Made by a program: the position numbers and the translations under genes. Below are positions 11,312-21,707 of a stretch of DNA of 64,000 nucleotides, piece after piece. The DNA is from Bacteroidota bacterium (lineage in GTDB: Bacteria > Bacteroidota > Bacteroidia > 2-12-FULL-35-15): NCBI GenBank assembly GCA_023251835.1, contig JAHEXZ010000018.1, forward strand, positions 1,383 to 65,382, written 5' to 3'. The notes below the pieces were generated by a model that saw nothing but the letters and a program-made list of their open reading frames with translations, searched no databases and was not told the origin of the DNA. Position 1 is the stretch's first letter. Each line of letters starts with the position of its first letter.

Positions 11312-12793
11312 ATGGTTATCAGCCGGCAACAGTTTAATAAAATTGAAACTTACCTGCTAAGTATTCTGCTGTATGGTATTGTGCTGGTGTATACATATCA
11401 ATATTTTCAATTTGCCGATAAATACGAACCATGGACTACAGATGAGCTTTTCTATTATATTGAAGCCAAAGCTATAGCAGCTCATAATATTTATCAAACA
11501 CCGGCAAGTTTGGATGGAAATACTTCTTACATAGGAGATTTTGGTTTTCACGCAGTTAGTTATGCGATAAAAGACGGGTGGTTAGCTAAACTGTTTTTTC
11601 ACACACAGGATCCTCCGCTATTATTGATCAACTTTATCACTTGTATCGGAGTATTGGTGCTTATTCTTTTGTTTAAGCAGTTTAGTTTTAATATCCGATT
11701 AAAAATAGCTCTGGTAGTAGCCACGCATTATATTTTGTACAGCTATACACTTTCTTATATGCAGGAAACCATTCAATATTTTTTTGCGGTACTTGCGTTG
11801 GAAGCCTTGTATTTATTATATCTTAGCCCTTTAAACAGAACAACCAAATATCTCGTTTATTTTCTTGTAGTTATTACAGTTGCTATTACTTTCCGTTATG
11901 GATGGTTTATGTGGGGGGCAGGCTTATTGCCTCTTTCTACCAACCTAAAGAGCTTTATTAAATGGTGTTTGGTAGCAATTGGACTATTGGTTTTTGGGGT
12001 GTTTGTAAGCCGTTATATTGTAGCTCCGTATCCCTATTATGATATGACTGGTGATAGTATTATTAACGCAGGGAATTTTTCATTGATAAATTCACTTACA
12101 ACGGCCTGGCAAAAATTCAGAAACAACTTACAATTATTCCTGATACCAGATCCAAAGCTTACCACCACGTGTATGCGTTACTTGTTGCTTATGCTATTAC
12201 TGATTAGTTCCTGGTATGCCATTTTTAAGCGGAATAAGTTTACAATAGCCTGTACTTTGGTTAGCTGGGCATATTTTGTTGCATGCTTAACTTTTTATGA
12301 AGTATATTGGTCTTATGATGAGCGTGCATTAGCCGTGCTTAACCCGATCTTAGGATTTTCATTGGTAGGAAATGCGAACTCCTTCATTTTTTATCCTGTA
12401 ATTATTTTGCAATTATGGCTTTTCCCGGATGTCGTTCGGGAGACGAAGGAGAGAAATATGGCTTCGATCCTGGTCAATGCAAATACACCGGAGCGGGTTG
12501 CAAGAAAAAACTCCTATTCAAAAATTAAAGATTTGGTCAATGACAATGAAAATACAGTAGTGGGAATTAGTATTGGGCTTGTGCGGCATGGTACCGAGGA
12601 TTACTTTATTAGTTTTCCATTAATAAATAATAAAGGGTATCCGATACACTACAGAATATACAGGAATGGCAGGGATTTGAGGAACGTTCACAAACTTCGC
12701 TATTTTTTGGATCCTTCTCCTGCCGCACTTCCTGCAAACAACCAACTCATCTATTCGGATTCATGGATGAATTTGTATAGATTTTTTAATTAA
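11312..12793 (+). CDS. GT-C-like (ArnT/PMT-like) membrane glycosyltransferase candidate with C-terminal soluble domain
   Basis: 493 aa; first extracytoplasmic loop TTDELFYYIEAKAIAAHNIY resembles the DE..Y..A motif of GT39/GT83 enzymes; ~10 TM then ~120 aa hydrophilic tail. Confidence 0.5.
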   Translation: MVISRQQFNKIETYLLSILLYGIVLVYTYQYFQFADKYEPWTTDELFYYIEAKAIAAHNIYQTPASLDGNTSYIGDFGFHAVSYAIKDGWLAKLFFHTQDPPLLLINFITCIGVLVLILLFKQFSFNIRLKIALVVATHYILYSYTLSYMQETIQYFFAVLALEALYLLYLSPLNRTTKYLVYFLVVITVAITFRYGWFMWGAGLLPLSTNLKSFIKWCLVAIGLLVFGVFVSRYIVAPYPYYDMTGDSIINAGNFSLINSLTTAWQKFRNNLQLFLIPDPKLTTTCMRYLLLMLLLISSWYAIFKRNKFTIACTLVSWAYFVACLTFYEVYWSYDERALAVLNPILGFSLVGNANSFIFYPVIILQLWLFPDVVRETKERNMASILVNANTPERVARKNSYSKIKDLVNDNENTVVGISIGLVRHGTEDYFISFPLINNKGYPIHYRIYRNGRDLRNVHKLRYFLDPSPAALPANNQLIYSDSWMNLYRFFN

Positions 12794-12800
12794 ATTATAA

Positions 12801-13247
12801 ATGAAAAACAAGGTGCTTTCAGTTACAGAATGTGTATTAACATTGGCCTTACTTGCTGTTATAGTATCGCAGCTATATGTGATGTTTAGTATTTATGAAG
12901 AGACGTTTGAAAGTCCAGTAAGATATTTTAAACAAAATTATGGGACAGATTATATAACCCAATATGGGAACCGCTATACCGAGATCAGAGAATGGCTTCC
13001 CCCGTCAACAATACTATCTTATATTGGAGAACCTAATGAGAGCTTTTCTATGGGCTGCTTTAATTATGTACTTACACAATATTATTTATCCCCCAATTTA
13101 ATCTATAGAAACAATAACGACTTTGATACTATCATTTACAATCTTTATAACTCGAAACGTGTTAGTGATGCCACTAATTTTCATTTAAATAATGGGTGGC
13201 ATATTGTTAAAGATTTTAATAACGGCTTAATTCTACTTGCCAAATGA
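12801..13247 (+). CDS. small N-terminally TM-anchored protein, cassette partner (family S4, copy A)
   Basis: 148 aa with one N-terminal TM. Its C-terminus NNGWHIVKDFNNGLILLAK is shared with the 18203 and 21704 proteins. It overlaps the downstream gene by 4 nt. Confidence 0.65.
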   Translation: MKNKVLSVTECVLTLALLAVIVSQLYVMFSIYEETFESPVRYFKQNYGTDYITQYGNRYTEIREWLPPSTILSYIGEPNESFSMGCFNYVLTQYYLSPNLIYRNNNDFDTIIYNLYNSKRVSDATNFHLNNGWHIVKDFNNGLILLAK

Positions 13248-14638
13248 TATTATTTTTTTTAATACTTGTTTCCTTCATTTTGGGATTCTCATTTTGTTTC
13301 GCACTGTTCAGGAACACAGCTTTTTATAATTTACGTATACTATTCAATCTTTCTATTCCAATAGGAATAGGTGTTTCATCTATTGTTTTTGTCTTATTAA
13401 GTATAATGGACTTCACGCCATTATTAATTTTATTCGTACAAATCATACTCATACTTTTTCTGTTCTATAACAATCTTAAATCTAAACCTTATTCTAATTA
13501 TACTATTATCAATGGGGGAATATCTAATCTAAAAAAACAGGTTCAGGAACCTATATTTTTGCTATTGATTATAATATACATATATGCCTGGATCACAAAT
13601 GCAGGGATATTCTTCTTTGATAGCGTCAAAGAACCCCATGGGTTATGGGATGCTTTTAATTACTGGAATCTGAAAGCAAAGATAATAAACCGCTCCCCCA
13701 ATAATTGGCCAGCACTATTTCATCAAATGGTTTCAGAAGATTTCCATCCGGATTATCCATTATTACAAACCGGATATATCGCATATTGCTGGACATTCCT
13801 GAAAAATGAAAGTGTTTGGGTGCCAATTACCATTTCCTTCATTTTCACTTTTTGTACAATAGGGCTATTATCAGCATCTGTTAGTTTTTTCACAAACAGA
13901 ATACGAGGCCTGATTGCAGGGTTAACGCTACTATGTACTCCGTTTTATATGACGATGGGCGACTCTCAGTATGCTGATATCACTGTTGGTTTTTTTTATC
14001 TTGCAACAGTAGTGCTGCTAACCTTGGCCCGTGATGAACCAATTATAAAACTACAATTGTTAATTGCAGCTGGCATTACAGCAAGTTTGTGTGGATGGAG
14101 TAAAAATGAAGGGCTATTATTTATTGCCTGTTTAATTATTTCACAACTAACGTTATTTCCTGTAAAGAATACCCGCGAATTAATGAATGAAATAAAATAT
14201 TTAATACTTGGGATACTTCCCGTACTGCTAATAATACTATACTACAAGATGAGAATTGCTCCCTCCAATGACATTCTGAAAGCTCAAGGTGAAAAAACGC
14301 TGACTAAACTTACTGACTGTTCCCGATATGCAACTATAGCCAAGTGGTATATCAGCACAATAGCTTCATTCGGGAAATGGATGGTTAACCCGTGGTGGTT
14401 CTTCCTTTTTGGGGTTTTATACAAGGGGATAAATATAAAGAAAATGTTTCCTGGCATGATTGCGAACTATACACTATTGGTATTGATGTTAGTTGGCTTT
14501 TTCTTTATTTATATTGTCACACCGTTAAATTTAGAATTTCATCTTTCTACCTCTTTGCACAGATTATTTTTTCAATTATTTCCAACATTTATATTTTTGT
14601 ATTTTCTTTCAATCGGAAATAGAACTTCAATAACTTAA
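13244..14638 (+). CDS. multi-pass membrane protein family M3 (copy A), putative lipid-linked-sugar glycosyltransferase/polymerase
   Basis: 464 aa. Conserved blocks DSVKEPHGLWDA, DYPLLQ, FIFTFCTIGLL, MGDSQYAD, WSKNEGLLFIACL and SLHRLFFQLFPTFIF are shared with 18757..20214 and 20226..21707. Confidence 0.7.
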   Translation: MILFFLILVSFILGFSFCFALFRNTAFYNLRILFNLSIPIGIGVSSIVFVLLSIMDFTPLLILFVQIILILFLFYNNLKSKPYSNYTIINGGISNLKKQVQEPIFLLLIIIYIYAWITNAGIFFFDSVKEPHGLWDAFNYWNLKAKIINRSPNNWPALFHQMVSEDFHPDYPLLQTGYIAYCWTFLKNESVWVPITISFIFTFCTIGLLSASVSFFTNRIRGLIAGLTLLCTPFYMTMGDSQYADITVGFFYLATVVLLTLARDEPIIKLQLLIAAGITASLCGWSKNEGLLFIACLIISQLTLFPVKNTRELMNEIKYLILGILPVLLIILYYKMRIAPSNDILKAQGEKTLTKLTDCSRYATIAKWYISTIASFGKWMVNPWWFFLFGVLYKGINIKKMFPGMIANYTLLVLMLVGFFFIYIVTPLNLEFHLSTSLHRLFFQLFPTFIFLYFLSIGNRTSIT

Positions 14639-14654
14639 TTTCTCTTTTATAGAT

Positions 14655-16163
14655 ATGAATAAACTAAAAACTATTGTAAGCAGCAACTACTTTTTTGTGG
14701 CTATTGTCCTTTATTATAGTTTATTTTATGTTTTATTTGGAGAGCAATATCCTTTTAAAGCCGGGTTTAGTACTGACGGACGAGTATATGAAAGTATTGT
14801 CTTCAGTTTTTCACAAAGCTATTATTTTGATTCCTATTATATACACCGGATACTTCCCTCACTCATTATCCGCATCTCATTTAATTTATTTTCAATAGAC
14901 ATGACTGAGGCAAATATTCTTTTTGCATTTCAGATTTTAAATATTGTCAGTCTGGTTATATCAAGCTATTTCTTAAAAAAAATATTTCTTATTTTAAAGA
15001 TTTCTCTAAAAAGTCAATTGCTTTTTTTTATAATGTTCTTATTCAACTTTGGCGTTATTAAATATCAATTCTATTTCCCTTCAATGACAGATCAACTTGC
15101 TTTAATGCTGAGCACTCTTTTGCTATATTTTTATCTGAGAAACAATGTTGCAGGTTTGGTAATTTCAACAATTGCATTAGCATTCACCTGGCCAATGGCC
15201 TATTATCTTGGTCTGATATTAATTGCCCTTCCATTTGCGGTACTACCCTATTCACAAGCCAGCAAGCTGCAAAAGAAAGCTGTCTATAGTATCTCTGTTT
15301 TATACATTCTGATACTATCAACAATAATTGTATTTATTTTGAATCTGGATATTAAAGTAGCTTTTGTCGCAAAAATCGATCGTGGGTGGCTCGCTTTACC
15401 CTTAAGCATCGCAGGAATAGCAACTATCTACTTTTTTTTCGGAAAACTATTTCTTAATAAAGCACTATTTAATGTTTTATTATTTATAAAAAAAATTGAT
15501 TATAAACGATTAGCTATATCGGGCATAGTTTTTATTACTGTTTATTTAATTATCGGAGCCCTTCATCCCAAACCTACATTTTTATATTCTATTTCACAAA
15601 CCCTTATCGATCCTGTTCTTTATTCTTTTATTAAACCTCTCATTACGATAGTTGCTGATGTCAGTTATTTTGGTGTATTAATATGCCTCCTCATATTATT
15701 CTGGAACAGCTTTTGTAAAATTGCTTCGCAAATGGGGTGGGGTATTGTAATAGCCATGGGGCTGAATTTGTTTTTATTTGGGCTGGCACCCCAAAGCAGA
15801 CATTTAATAAATTTACTCCCCTGGTTAATAGTCATACTGGCAAAAGCATTGGACAAATATTCATTTCCAAATCATTTTTATATTATTGTTGGCATATTAA
15901 GTATCATCGCATCAAAAGTATGGTTACCATTAAATATTTATGATTACTATAAAACAATGGCTCCCACGGATGAAAATGGCAATATAGGCTTTCCTGACCA
16001 GATATTATGGATGAATATCGGGCCATGGATGGATACACAGATGTATTACGTACAAGGCATAGCGGCTTTAGTAATCATGGCAATATTTTTTCTTATGCTT
16101 TATAAAATAGAAATAAACAAATCAAATCGGATACGGTTAATGAGAAAATTTCATGTAAAATAG
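14655..16163 (+). CDS. multi-pass integral membrane protein (possible GT-C / polymerase-like)
   Basis: 502 aa, ~12 TM, first loop STDGRVYESIVFSF; unique family in window. Confidence 0.5.
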   Translation: MNKLKTIVSSNYFFVAIVLYYSLFYVLFGEQYPFKAGFSTDGRVYESIVFSFSQSYYFDSYYIHRILPSLIIRISFNLFSIDMTEANILFAFQILNIVSLVISSYFLKKIFLILKISLKSQLLFFIMFLFNFGVIKYQFYFPSMTDQLALMLSTLLLYFYLRNNVAGLVISTIALAFTWPMAYYLGLILIALPFAVLPYSQASKLQKKAVYSISVLYILILSTIIVFILNLDIKVAFVAKIDRGWLALPLSIAGIATIYFFFGKLFLNKALFNVLLFIKKIDYKRLAISGIVFITVYLIIGALHPKPTFLYSISQTLIDPVLYSFIKPLITIVADVSYFGVLICLLILFWNSFCKIASQMGWGIVIAMGLNLFLFGLAPQSRHLINLLPWLIVILAKALDKYSFPNHFYIIVGILSIIASKVWLPLNIYDYYKTMAPTDENGNIGFPDQILWMNIGPWMDTQMYYVQGIAALVIMAIFFLMLYKIEINKSNRIRLMRKFHVK

Positions 16164-16189
16164 TGCATATTGTTATATACCAATCTTTG

Positions 16190-16924
16190 CTATTTCGCCT
16201 TGACGTAATATTGCGCTCCCCAAGGGCACCATTTTAAATATTTTTCTATAGCACCCAAAAAAGAAAATGCCTTAGGGAAAAATAAAACATATTTTTTATT
16301 CACTAAACTATAACCAGCCTCACTACACATTTGCATAAACAAAGAAGGTTTAATCATTTTACATCCCACATCAAATTCACAGGTTTTAAACACTTTTCTT
16401 GTTAAAGGATTCTTAGGATTATGTTCAAAAACATACAAATATCCTTTTGAAGAAAGCAACATTCTCAATTGTTTTAAAGTTTTGATATGTAGTTCCTCGG
16501 GGATATGATGAAATACATTTGCAACAAATATTATATCAAACCTTTGGTTTAATGATGCCAGTTCCTGAACATCATGAAATGTTATAAATTGAATATTGGT
16601 AAACTGCTTATTTTTTTCTTTAGCTACAGTAATTGATTTCTCTGAGATATCTACAGAACAAATTGAACAATCCGGGAAATAGCAATTAATAAACCTCTCA
16701 CTTTTTCCAACACCACAACCAAAATTCATTATTTGTATATTTTTAGTTTTGATTGTTTGGTCAGCTACATAATCATCAAATACCGTTCTTATCTTATGTT
16801 CATCAAAATATGATGCTTCGTATCCGGATGCACTTATACTTTTTTGAAGCAACTCATTATAATCATCAGCAAAGTTATCGAACTCAACTTCATTCTTTTT
16901 TCTTTCATTAGTATTTACAGCCAT
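16190..16924 (-). CDS. class I SAM-dependent methyltransferase
   Basis: 244 aa; motif I MNFGCGVGKSE, methyltransf_11/12-like spacing. Confidence 0.7.
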   Translation of the reverse strand: MAVNTNERKKNEVEFDNFADDYNELLQKSISASGYEASYFDEHKIRTVFDDYVADQTIKTKNIQIMNFGCGVGKSERFINCYFPDCSICSVDISEKSITVAKEKNKQFTNIQFITFHDVQELASLNQRFDIIFVANVFHHIPEELHIKTLKQLRMLLSSKGYLYVFEHNPKNPLTRKVFKTCEFDVGCKMIKPSLFMQMCSEAGYSLVNKKYVLFFPKAFSFLGAIEKYLKWCPWGAQYYVKAK

Positions 16925-16975
16925 AGCATTTCCTTAACAGGGTTTATATCGAATAAACTCTTAGGGTGGATTTTA

Positions 16976-18067
16976 TTATACTTTATGTTTTGTTTCTTTT
17001 TTATCAATTATTTTTTTACCTAATTTCTGAAATGGTAATTCAATGTATCTGTATGTAAATGACGAAATCAACATTGTTAAAAGGATAACGATATAAAAGC
17101 GTATTATATAATTAGCAATGTCGCTACTAAAATAGTCTGTAAAATTAAAATATAACAGCCAGTGCAATACTGCAAAATGAACAAGGTACATACTAAAGCT
17201 GATTTTACCAATGTATATGATAACCGGGTTAACAAGTAATATTGGAGAATATCGGCTTAAGGCAAGAGCAACTATAAAAAAAGCTATTGCCCAAAATAAG
17301 TAGGAGGGAAATAAATAGTCAATACCGGTAGCCAATTGAATCCAAAGTAGAAGCCCCAAAAAAAGTAAGAATTTACCGGACAGTCTGTAGTCCTGTTCAT
17401 TATTCATCACATAAAAATACAGAAGTACTCCTAATGCAAATACGGGAAGCTGGCTTGGGAAATACATAAACAGGTATTCTTCCCATAGCCTTTTGTCAGT
17501 AACAAGAGGAAAATTAGATAAAAACACATAGAGTAGTGTTTTAATAACAATGGATATTATAAAAAATAATAATGCATCATTTTTATTTTTTATTCTCAAA
17601 AATAAAAATGGCAAAATCATATAAAATGTCATTTCTACGGCAATAGACCATCCTCCCGGCACAAGACTATTGATCCAATAAGGATAAAACCCATGCATAA
17701 AAAAGAGATTGGATACTATATTAGCAACAGAAATATGATCGGCATCTCCAAGCCAATACCTTTGCCCTAATCCATCCTGAATAATATAATAGATAATTCC
17801 CAAATAGTACATCGGTGCTATCCTAAAAAAACGTCTAATAAAAAAATTTTTCACAGAACTATGTTCCTGGTTAATACGTGTTTTAAAGGACAAGAATAAG
17901 GTAAATGCACTTGCAATATAAAACAGTTGAACTCCTCTGGCACCTTGTTCAACAATATTACGTATCATAGCCGGCACATTAAAATGACCATACTGGCCGG
18001 TATGTACCATAAGAATACCCAGAACGGCAAATCCTCTTATTGCATCAATGTAATTGAGTTTTTTCAT
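16976..18067 (-). CDS. acyltransferase family 3 (OafA/YrhL-like) membrane O-acyltransferase
   Basis: 363 aa, 10 TM, N-terminal MKKLNYIDAIRGFAVLGILMVH characteristic of Acyl_transf_3. Confidence 0.75.
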   Translation of the reverse strand: MKKLNYIDAIRGFAVLGILMVHTGQYGHFNVPAMIRNIVEQGARGVQLFYIASAFTLFLSFKTRINQEHSSVKNFFIRRFFRIAPMYYLGIIYYIIQDGLGQRYWLGDADHISVANIVSNLFFMHGFYPYWINSLVPGGWSIAVEMTFYMILPFLFLRIKNKNDALLFFIISIVIKTLLYVFLSNFPLVTDKRLWEEYLFMYFPSQLPVFALGVLLYFYVMNNEQDYRLSGKFLLFLGLLLWIQLATGIDYLFPSYLFWAIAFFIVALALSRYSPILLVNPVIIYIGKISFSMYLVHFAVLHWLLYFNFTDYFSSDIANYIIRFYIVILLTMLISSFTYRYIELPFQKLGKKIIDKKETKHKV

Positions 18068-18202
18068 TAAATAAAAGCACTTAAACTATTCTAATCCACG
18101 AAACTCTGCCAGTCTGTCTGAAGGTTCCCTTTCGGAAGTTTGTCAAAAACTTTAGATTAAATGGCAAAATATTTCGACAAATTTAAGCAGTTTCTATGAC
18201 TA

Positions 18203-18760
18203 ATGTGTATATTTGATTGTTTACATTCTGACTTACATTATTTTGTAATGCATCATATCTCATATTCTTCTACAATTATAAAAAGCTCTCTTTGTTTTTT
18301 ACTTTTATGTATAATGGGATGGCAGCAATGGGTTACTTTTACAAAATATATAGATAAATTTTCTGCGCCAATCCAATATATAAGGAATACTTATGGCAAC
18401 GATGATATTTCACAATACAGTAGCAGGTTTGAAGAAGTAAAAAGAATATTTCCAGGGGAAACCCGCCTGACTTATGTTTCAGAAAGCATTGTACCAAATG
18501 CCGGTACCAGGGAAATGCACTTTGCTATTGGTCAATATAATTTAGCTCCGAATTTACTTTTCAGAAATAATCATGTCAGTGATAGTATGGTATACAATAG
18601 TGGTGCTAGCCCTGTAACTTTTTCATCAGCAATTTATGACACTGTTATTTATAACCTTTATAGCTCAGTTCATCTTGATGCTAATAATAATTATTACCTG
18701 AATAATGGCTGGCATGTAGTAAAAGATTTTAATAACGGGATAATTATACTGGCTAAATGA
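18203..18760 (+). CDS. small TM-anchored cassette partner (family S4, copy B)
   Basis: C-terminus NNGWHVVKDFNNGIIILAK; TM segment LCFLLLCIMGWQQW as in copy C; true start may be downstream of 18203; 4-nt overlap with next gene. Confidence 0.6.
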   Translation: MCIFDCLHSDLHYFVMHHISYSSTIIKSSLCFLLLCIMGWQQWVTFTKYIDKFSAPIQYIRNTYGNDDISQYSSRFEEVKRIFPGETRLTYVSESIVPNAGTREMHFAIGQYNLAPNLLFRNNHVSDSMVYNSGASPVTFSSAIYDTVIYNLYSSVHLDANNNYYLNNGWHVVKDFNNGIIILAK

Positions 18761-20214
18761 TGTTTTTTTTATCAATAATCACCTCTCTTTTACTTGGGTT
18801 TACTTTTTGCCATTTTTTTTTTAAGAAAATAAAAAGTATTAACCTGCGTTTCTTCATCAATCTTTCTATTCCTATAGGAATAGGTATTTCATCAATTGTT
18901 TTTATTTTTTTTAATCTGATTGGATTTTCTTCCTCAATAATATTTTTGATTGAAATTGTATCAATAATTTTTCTATACTTAAAATTCAGAAATTATCGTA
19001 TAAAAACCTCTCAAGAAAAATTACTATATCAATACGAGTGGTTTAATCTCAACAAACTTCTCTTAAATCCAGTTTTGCTCATTGCAACCTTAATGTATTT
19101 ATATTCATGGATAATGGATAGTGGAATTTTCTTTTTTGATAGCATTCAAAATCCTCATGGTTTATGGGATGCCTGGTCATGTTGGAATTTAATTTCACGA
19201 TTTATAAGCCGTGCGCCACATGATTGGCCGACTTTACTTCATCAAATGAATGCTATAGATTTTCACCCTGATTATCCCCTGTTACAGCGAGGATTTATTG
19301 CCAGGTGCTGGCTGCTTATTGGGGATGAAAGTGTATGGATACCCATTCTCTCCGCTTTTATTTTTACTTTTTGCACAATTGGTCTTTTATCAAGCTCCGT
19401 CAGCGTATTTACCAATAATAAAACCGAAGGGTTTATTGCTGGTTTAGTGCTTCTTTGCACACCTTTTTTTATGGTTATGGGAGATTCACAGTATGCAGAC
19501 AATACGGTGGGCTATTTTTTTCTTGCGACCATTGTATTATTAACCTTAGCCAGAAGAGGGCATTCTGTAAAACCAAATTTGTTAATTGCTGCCGGAATTT
19601 CAGCAGGATTTGCAGCCTGGAGTAAAAATGAAGGACTGCTATTTATTGCATGTTTATTTGTTTCCCAATTAACACTTTTGTTCTTTCATAAAAATCATCG
19701 TGAATTATTCACCGAATTCAAGTATTTATTTATAGGTATGCTTCCTGCCTTAATATTGGTAGCTTATTTAAAAATTTTTATTGCACCGCCTAACCAGATA
19801 ATGTCTGATCAAGGTTTTAAGACTTTTTCCAAATTAACTGATTCCAGCCGATATGCCATGGTATGGCATTGGTTTGTATATCAATTTAGTTCGTTTGGCA
19901 AGTGGGCATTTAATCCCTGGTGGTTATTCCTCCTGGGTATTCTATTTAAGGGGGGGATAAATATTAAAAACAATAATTATTCTTTTGTTTCCAACTTTAC
20001 CTGTTTTTTATTAATGTTGGTTGGATTCTTTTTTATCGAGGTAATAACGCCTCTTGGTCTGCGTTATTATCTTGCAACATCCTTGCACCGGTTGTTTTTC
20101 CAACTGTTTCCTACATTTATCTTCATGTATTTCCTTGCCATTAATGGTACTTCTTCAGACAGCAGAAAAAATAATATTGCAAGCTTAATTGGCAACCTAT
20201 TTAAGAAAAGATAA
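18757..20214 (+). CDS. multi-pass membrane protein family M3 (copy B)
   Basis: 485 aa; ~65-70% identical by eye to copies A and C across the DSIQNPHGLWDAW...MGDSQYADNTVGYFFLATIVLLTLAR...WSKNEGLLFIACL blocks. Confidence 0.7.
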   Translation: MMFFLSIITSLLLGFTFCHFFFKKIKSINLRFFINLSIPIGIGISSIVFIFFNLIGFSSSIIFLIEIVSIIFLYLKFRNYRIKTSQEKLLYQYEWFNLNKLLLNPVLLIATLMYLYSWIMDSGIFFFDSIQNPHGLWDAWSCWNLISRFISRAPHDWPTLLHQMNAIDFHPDYPLLQRGFIARCWLLIGDESVWIPILSAFIFTFCTIGLLSSSVSVFTNNKTEGFIAGLVLLCTPFFMVMGDSQYADNTVGYFFLATIVLLTLARRGHSVKPNLLIAAGISAGFAAWSKNEGLLFIACLFVSQLTLLFFHKNHRELFTEFKYLFIGMLPALILVAYLKIFIAPPNQIMSDQGFKTFSKLTDSSRYAMVWHWFVYQFSSFGKWAFNPWWLFLLGILFKGGINIKNNNYSFVSNFTCFLLMLVGFFFIEVITPLGLRYYLATSLHRLFFQLFPTFIFMYFLAINGTSSDSRKNNIASLIGNLFKKR

Positions 20215-20225
20215 TTAACCCCACA

Positions 20226-21707
20226 TTAGTCCGTTCTTTTAAAAATTTTTGAAAGTTTAAAATTTTTGAGAGTCCGCCCATTCTGTTTTCGTGTTCTCCC
20301 ATTAGGGATACTTATTACTGTAGAATTATTTTTGAGAGCAACAAAGTATATAAAAATAAAAGAAGGGAATAGCTGTGCGAAAAGCCTGTGTAAGGATGTT
20401 GAAAGATAAAACACTAAATCTAATGGTGTAATAATTTCAACTATAAAAAAACCGACCAGCATTAGTATCAACCATGTGACGTTAGCTATAAAAGAATAGC
20501 TGTACTTTTTTATACTTATTCCTCCTTTAAACAAGATGCCTAATAAAAATAACCACCAGGGGTTAAAAGCCCATTGCCCGAAGATTACAAATTGCTCCTT
20601 ATACCACGACCAGATTATTTCATACCTGGAAAAATCTTTTATTTTTATTAATGTTTGCGGGCCCTGGCCTACCACAATCTGATTAGGAGGAGATATGGCA
20701 ATTTTTTGGTAGATAATCAAAGCTAAAATTGGTAACATACCAATTATTAAATATTTAACTTCTGTAAATAATTCTTTAGGATTTTTAAAAAATAACAGAG
20801 TTAGCTGTGAAGTCAACAAACATACAATAAATAGCAGTCCTTCATTTTTACTCCAGGCTGCGAGTCCCGCGGTGAGTCCTGACGCAATTAATAAACCAGG
20901 CTTTGTAGCAGAATCCTTGCGGGCAAGGGTTAATAGCACGATGCTCGCAAGAAAAAAATAGCCCACTGTATTGTCGGCATATTGAGAGTCGCCAAGGAGC
21001 ATAAAAAAAGGTGTACAAAGTAATATCAGGCCAGCAATCAGTCCTTGTATTTTATTTGTAAAGTAACTAACTGCTGCTGACAGAAGACCTATTGCACAAA
21101 ACGTAAATATAAATGAAAAAGCTATAGGTATCCATACTGTTTCATTTTTCAGGAGTATCCAGCATCTGGCAATGTAGCCTTTTTGTAGCAGAGGGTAATC
21201 CGTATGGAAATCTTCGGAAACCAATTGATGAAAGGAATCTGGCCAATTTACAGGGTCTCGGCCTATCATTTTTGCACCCAGGTTCCAATCCGCCCATGCA
21301 TCCCATAAGCCATGCGGTTCCTTTACGCTGTCAAAATAATAAACACCAATATCTAATAGCAATGAATAAAAATAAACGATTACCAGGAGAAGCAAGAGCG
21401 GATTTTTAGCAAGAGTATTTATAGAAAAAATTTTATTTTCTAGTGTGTTCTTTATGATGCTTTTAAATGGGTTACCGTATTTATAAAACAGAAAAAGTAT
21501 AAATACTATTTCAATAAGGATTACAAATAGTGTTGAAACGCCCAGCAAATTGAAAACAATAAAAATAATTGATGAAACTCCTATGCCGATGGGGATTGAG
21601 GAGTTAACCAGAAAACGAGGAGCATAATTGGCAAATTCTTTAAAAAGAATTTTGCATAACAAAATGCCCAGCAAAAAAGAAGTTAATATGGAAATCAAAA
21701 ATATCAT
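20226..21707 (-). CDS. multi-pass membrane protein family M3 (copy C)
   Basis: 493 aa; same conserved blocks; convergent with copy B (stops 11 nt apart). Confidence 0.7.
   Translation of the reverse strand: MIFLISILTSFLLGILLCKILFKEFANYAPRFLVNSSIPIGIGVSSIIFIVFNLLGVSTLFVILIEIVFILFLFYKYGNPFKSIIKNTLENKIFSINTLAKNPLLLLLVIVYFYSLLLDIGVYYFDSVKEPHGLWDAWADWNLGAKMIGRDPVNWPDSFHQLVSEDFHTDYPLLQKGYIARCWILLKNETVWIPIAFSFIFTFCAIGLLSAAVSYFTNKIQGLIAGLILLCTPFFMLLGDSQYADNTVGYFFLASIVLLTLARKDSATKPGLLIASGLTAGLAAWSKNEGLLFIVCLLTSQLTLLFFKNPKELFTEVKYLIIGMLPILALIIYQKIAISPPNQIVVGQGPQTLIKIKDFSRYEIIWSWYKEQFVIFGQWAFNPWWLFLLGILFKGGISIKKYSYSFIANVTWLILMLVGFFIVEIITPLDLVFYLSTSLHRLFAQLFPSFIFIYFVALKNNSTVISIPNGRTRKQNGRTLKNFKLSKIFKRTD

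Noticed and set aside
9834-16163. Calling 9834..11303 or 14655..16163 a Wzx flippase or Wzy polymerase
   Set aside because: The N-terminal sequences and loop motifs do not resemble the Wzx (MATE-like) N-terminus or the Wzy_C/O-antigen ligase signature as I remember them. They are left as uncharacterised GT-C-like membrane proteins pending profile searches.
20236-20272. Direct repeat AAAATTTTTGA(A/G)AG x2 between the convergent M3 genes
   Set aside because: It is short, AT-only and lies inside the probable over-extended 3' end of the 20226..21707 ORF. It is more likely low-complexity sequence than a functional repeat.
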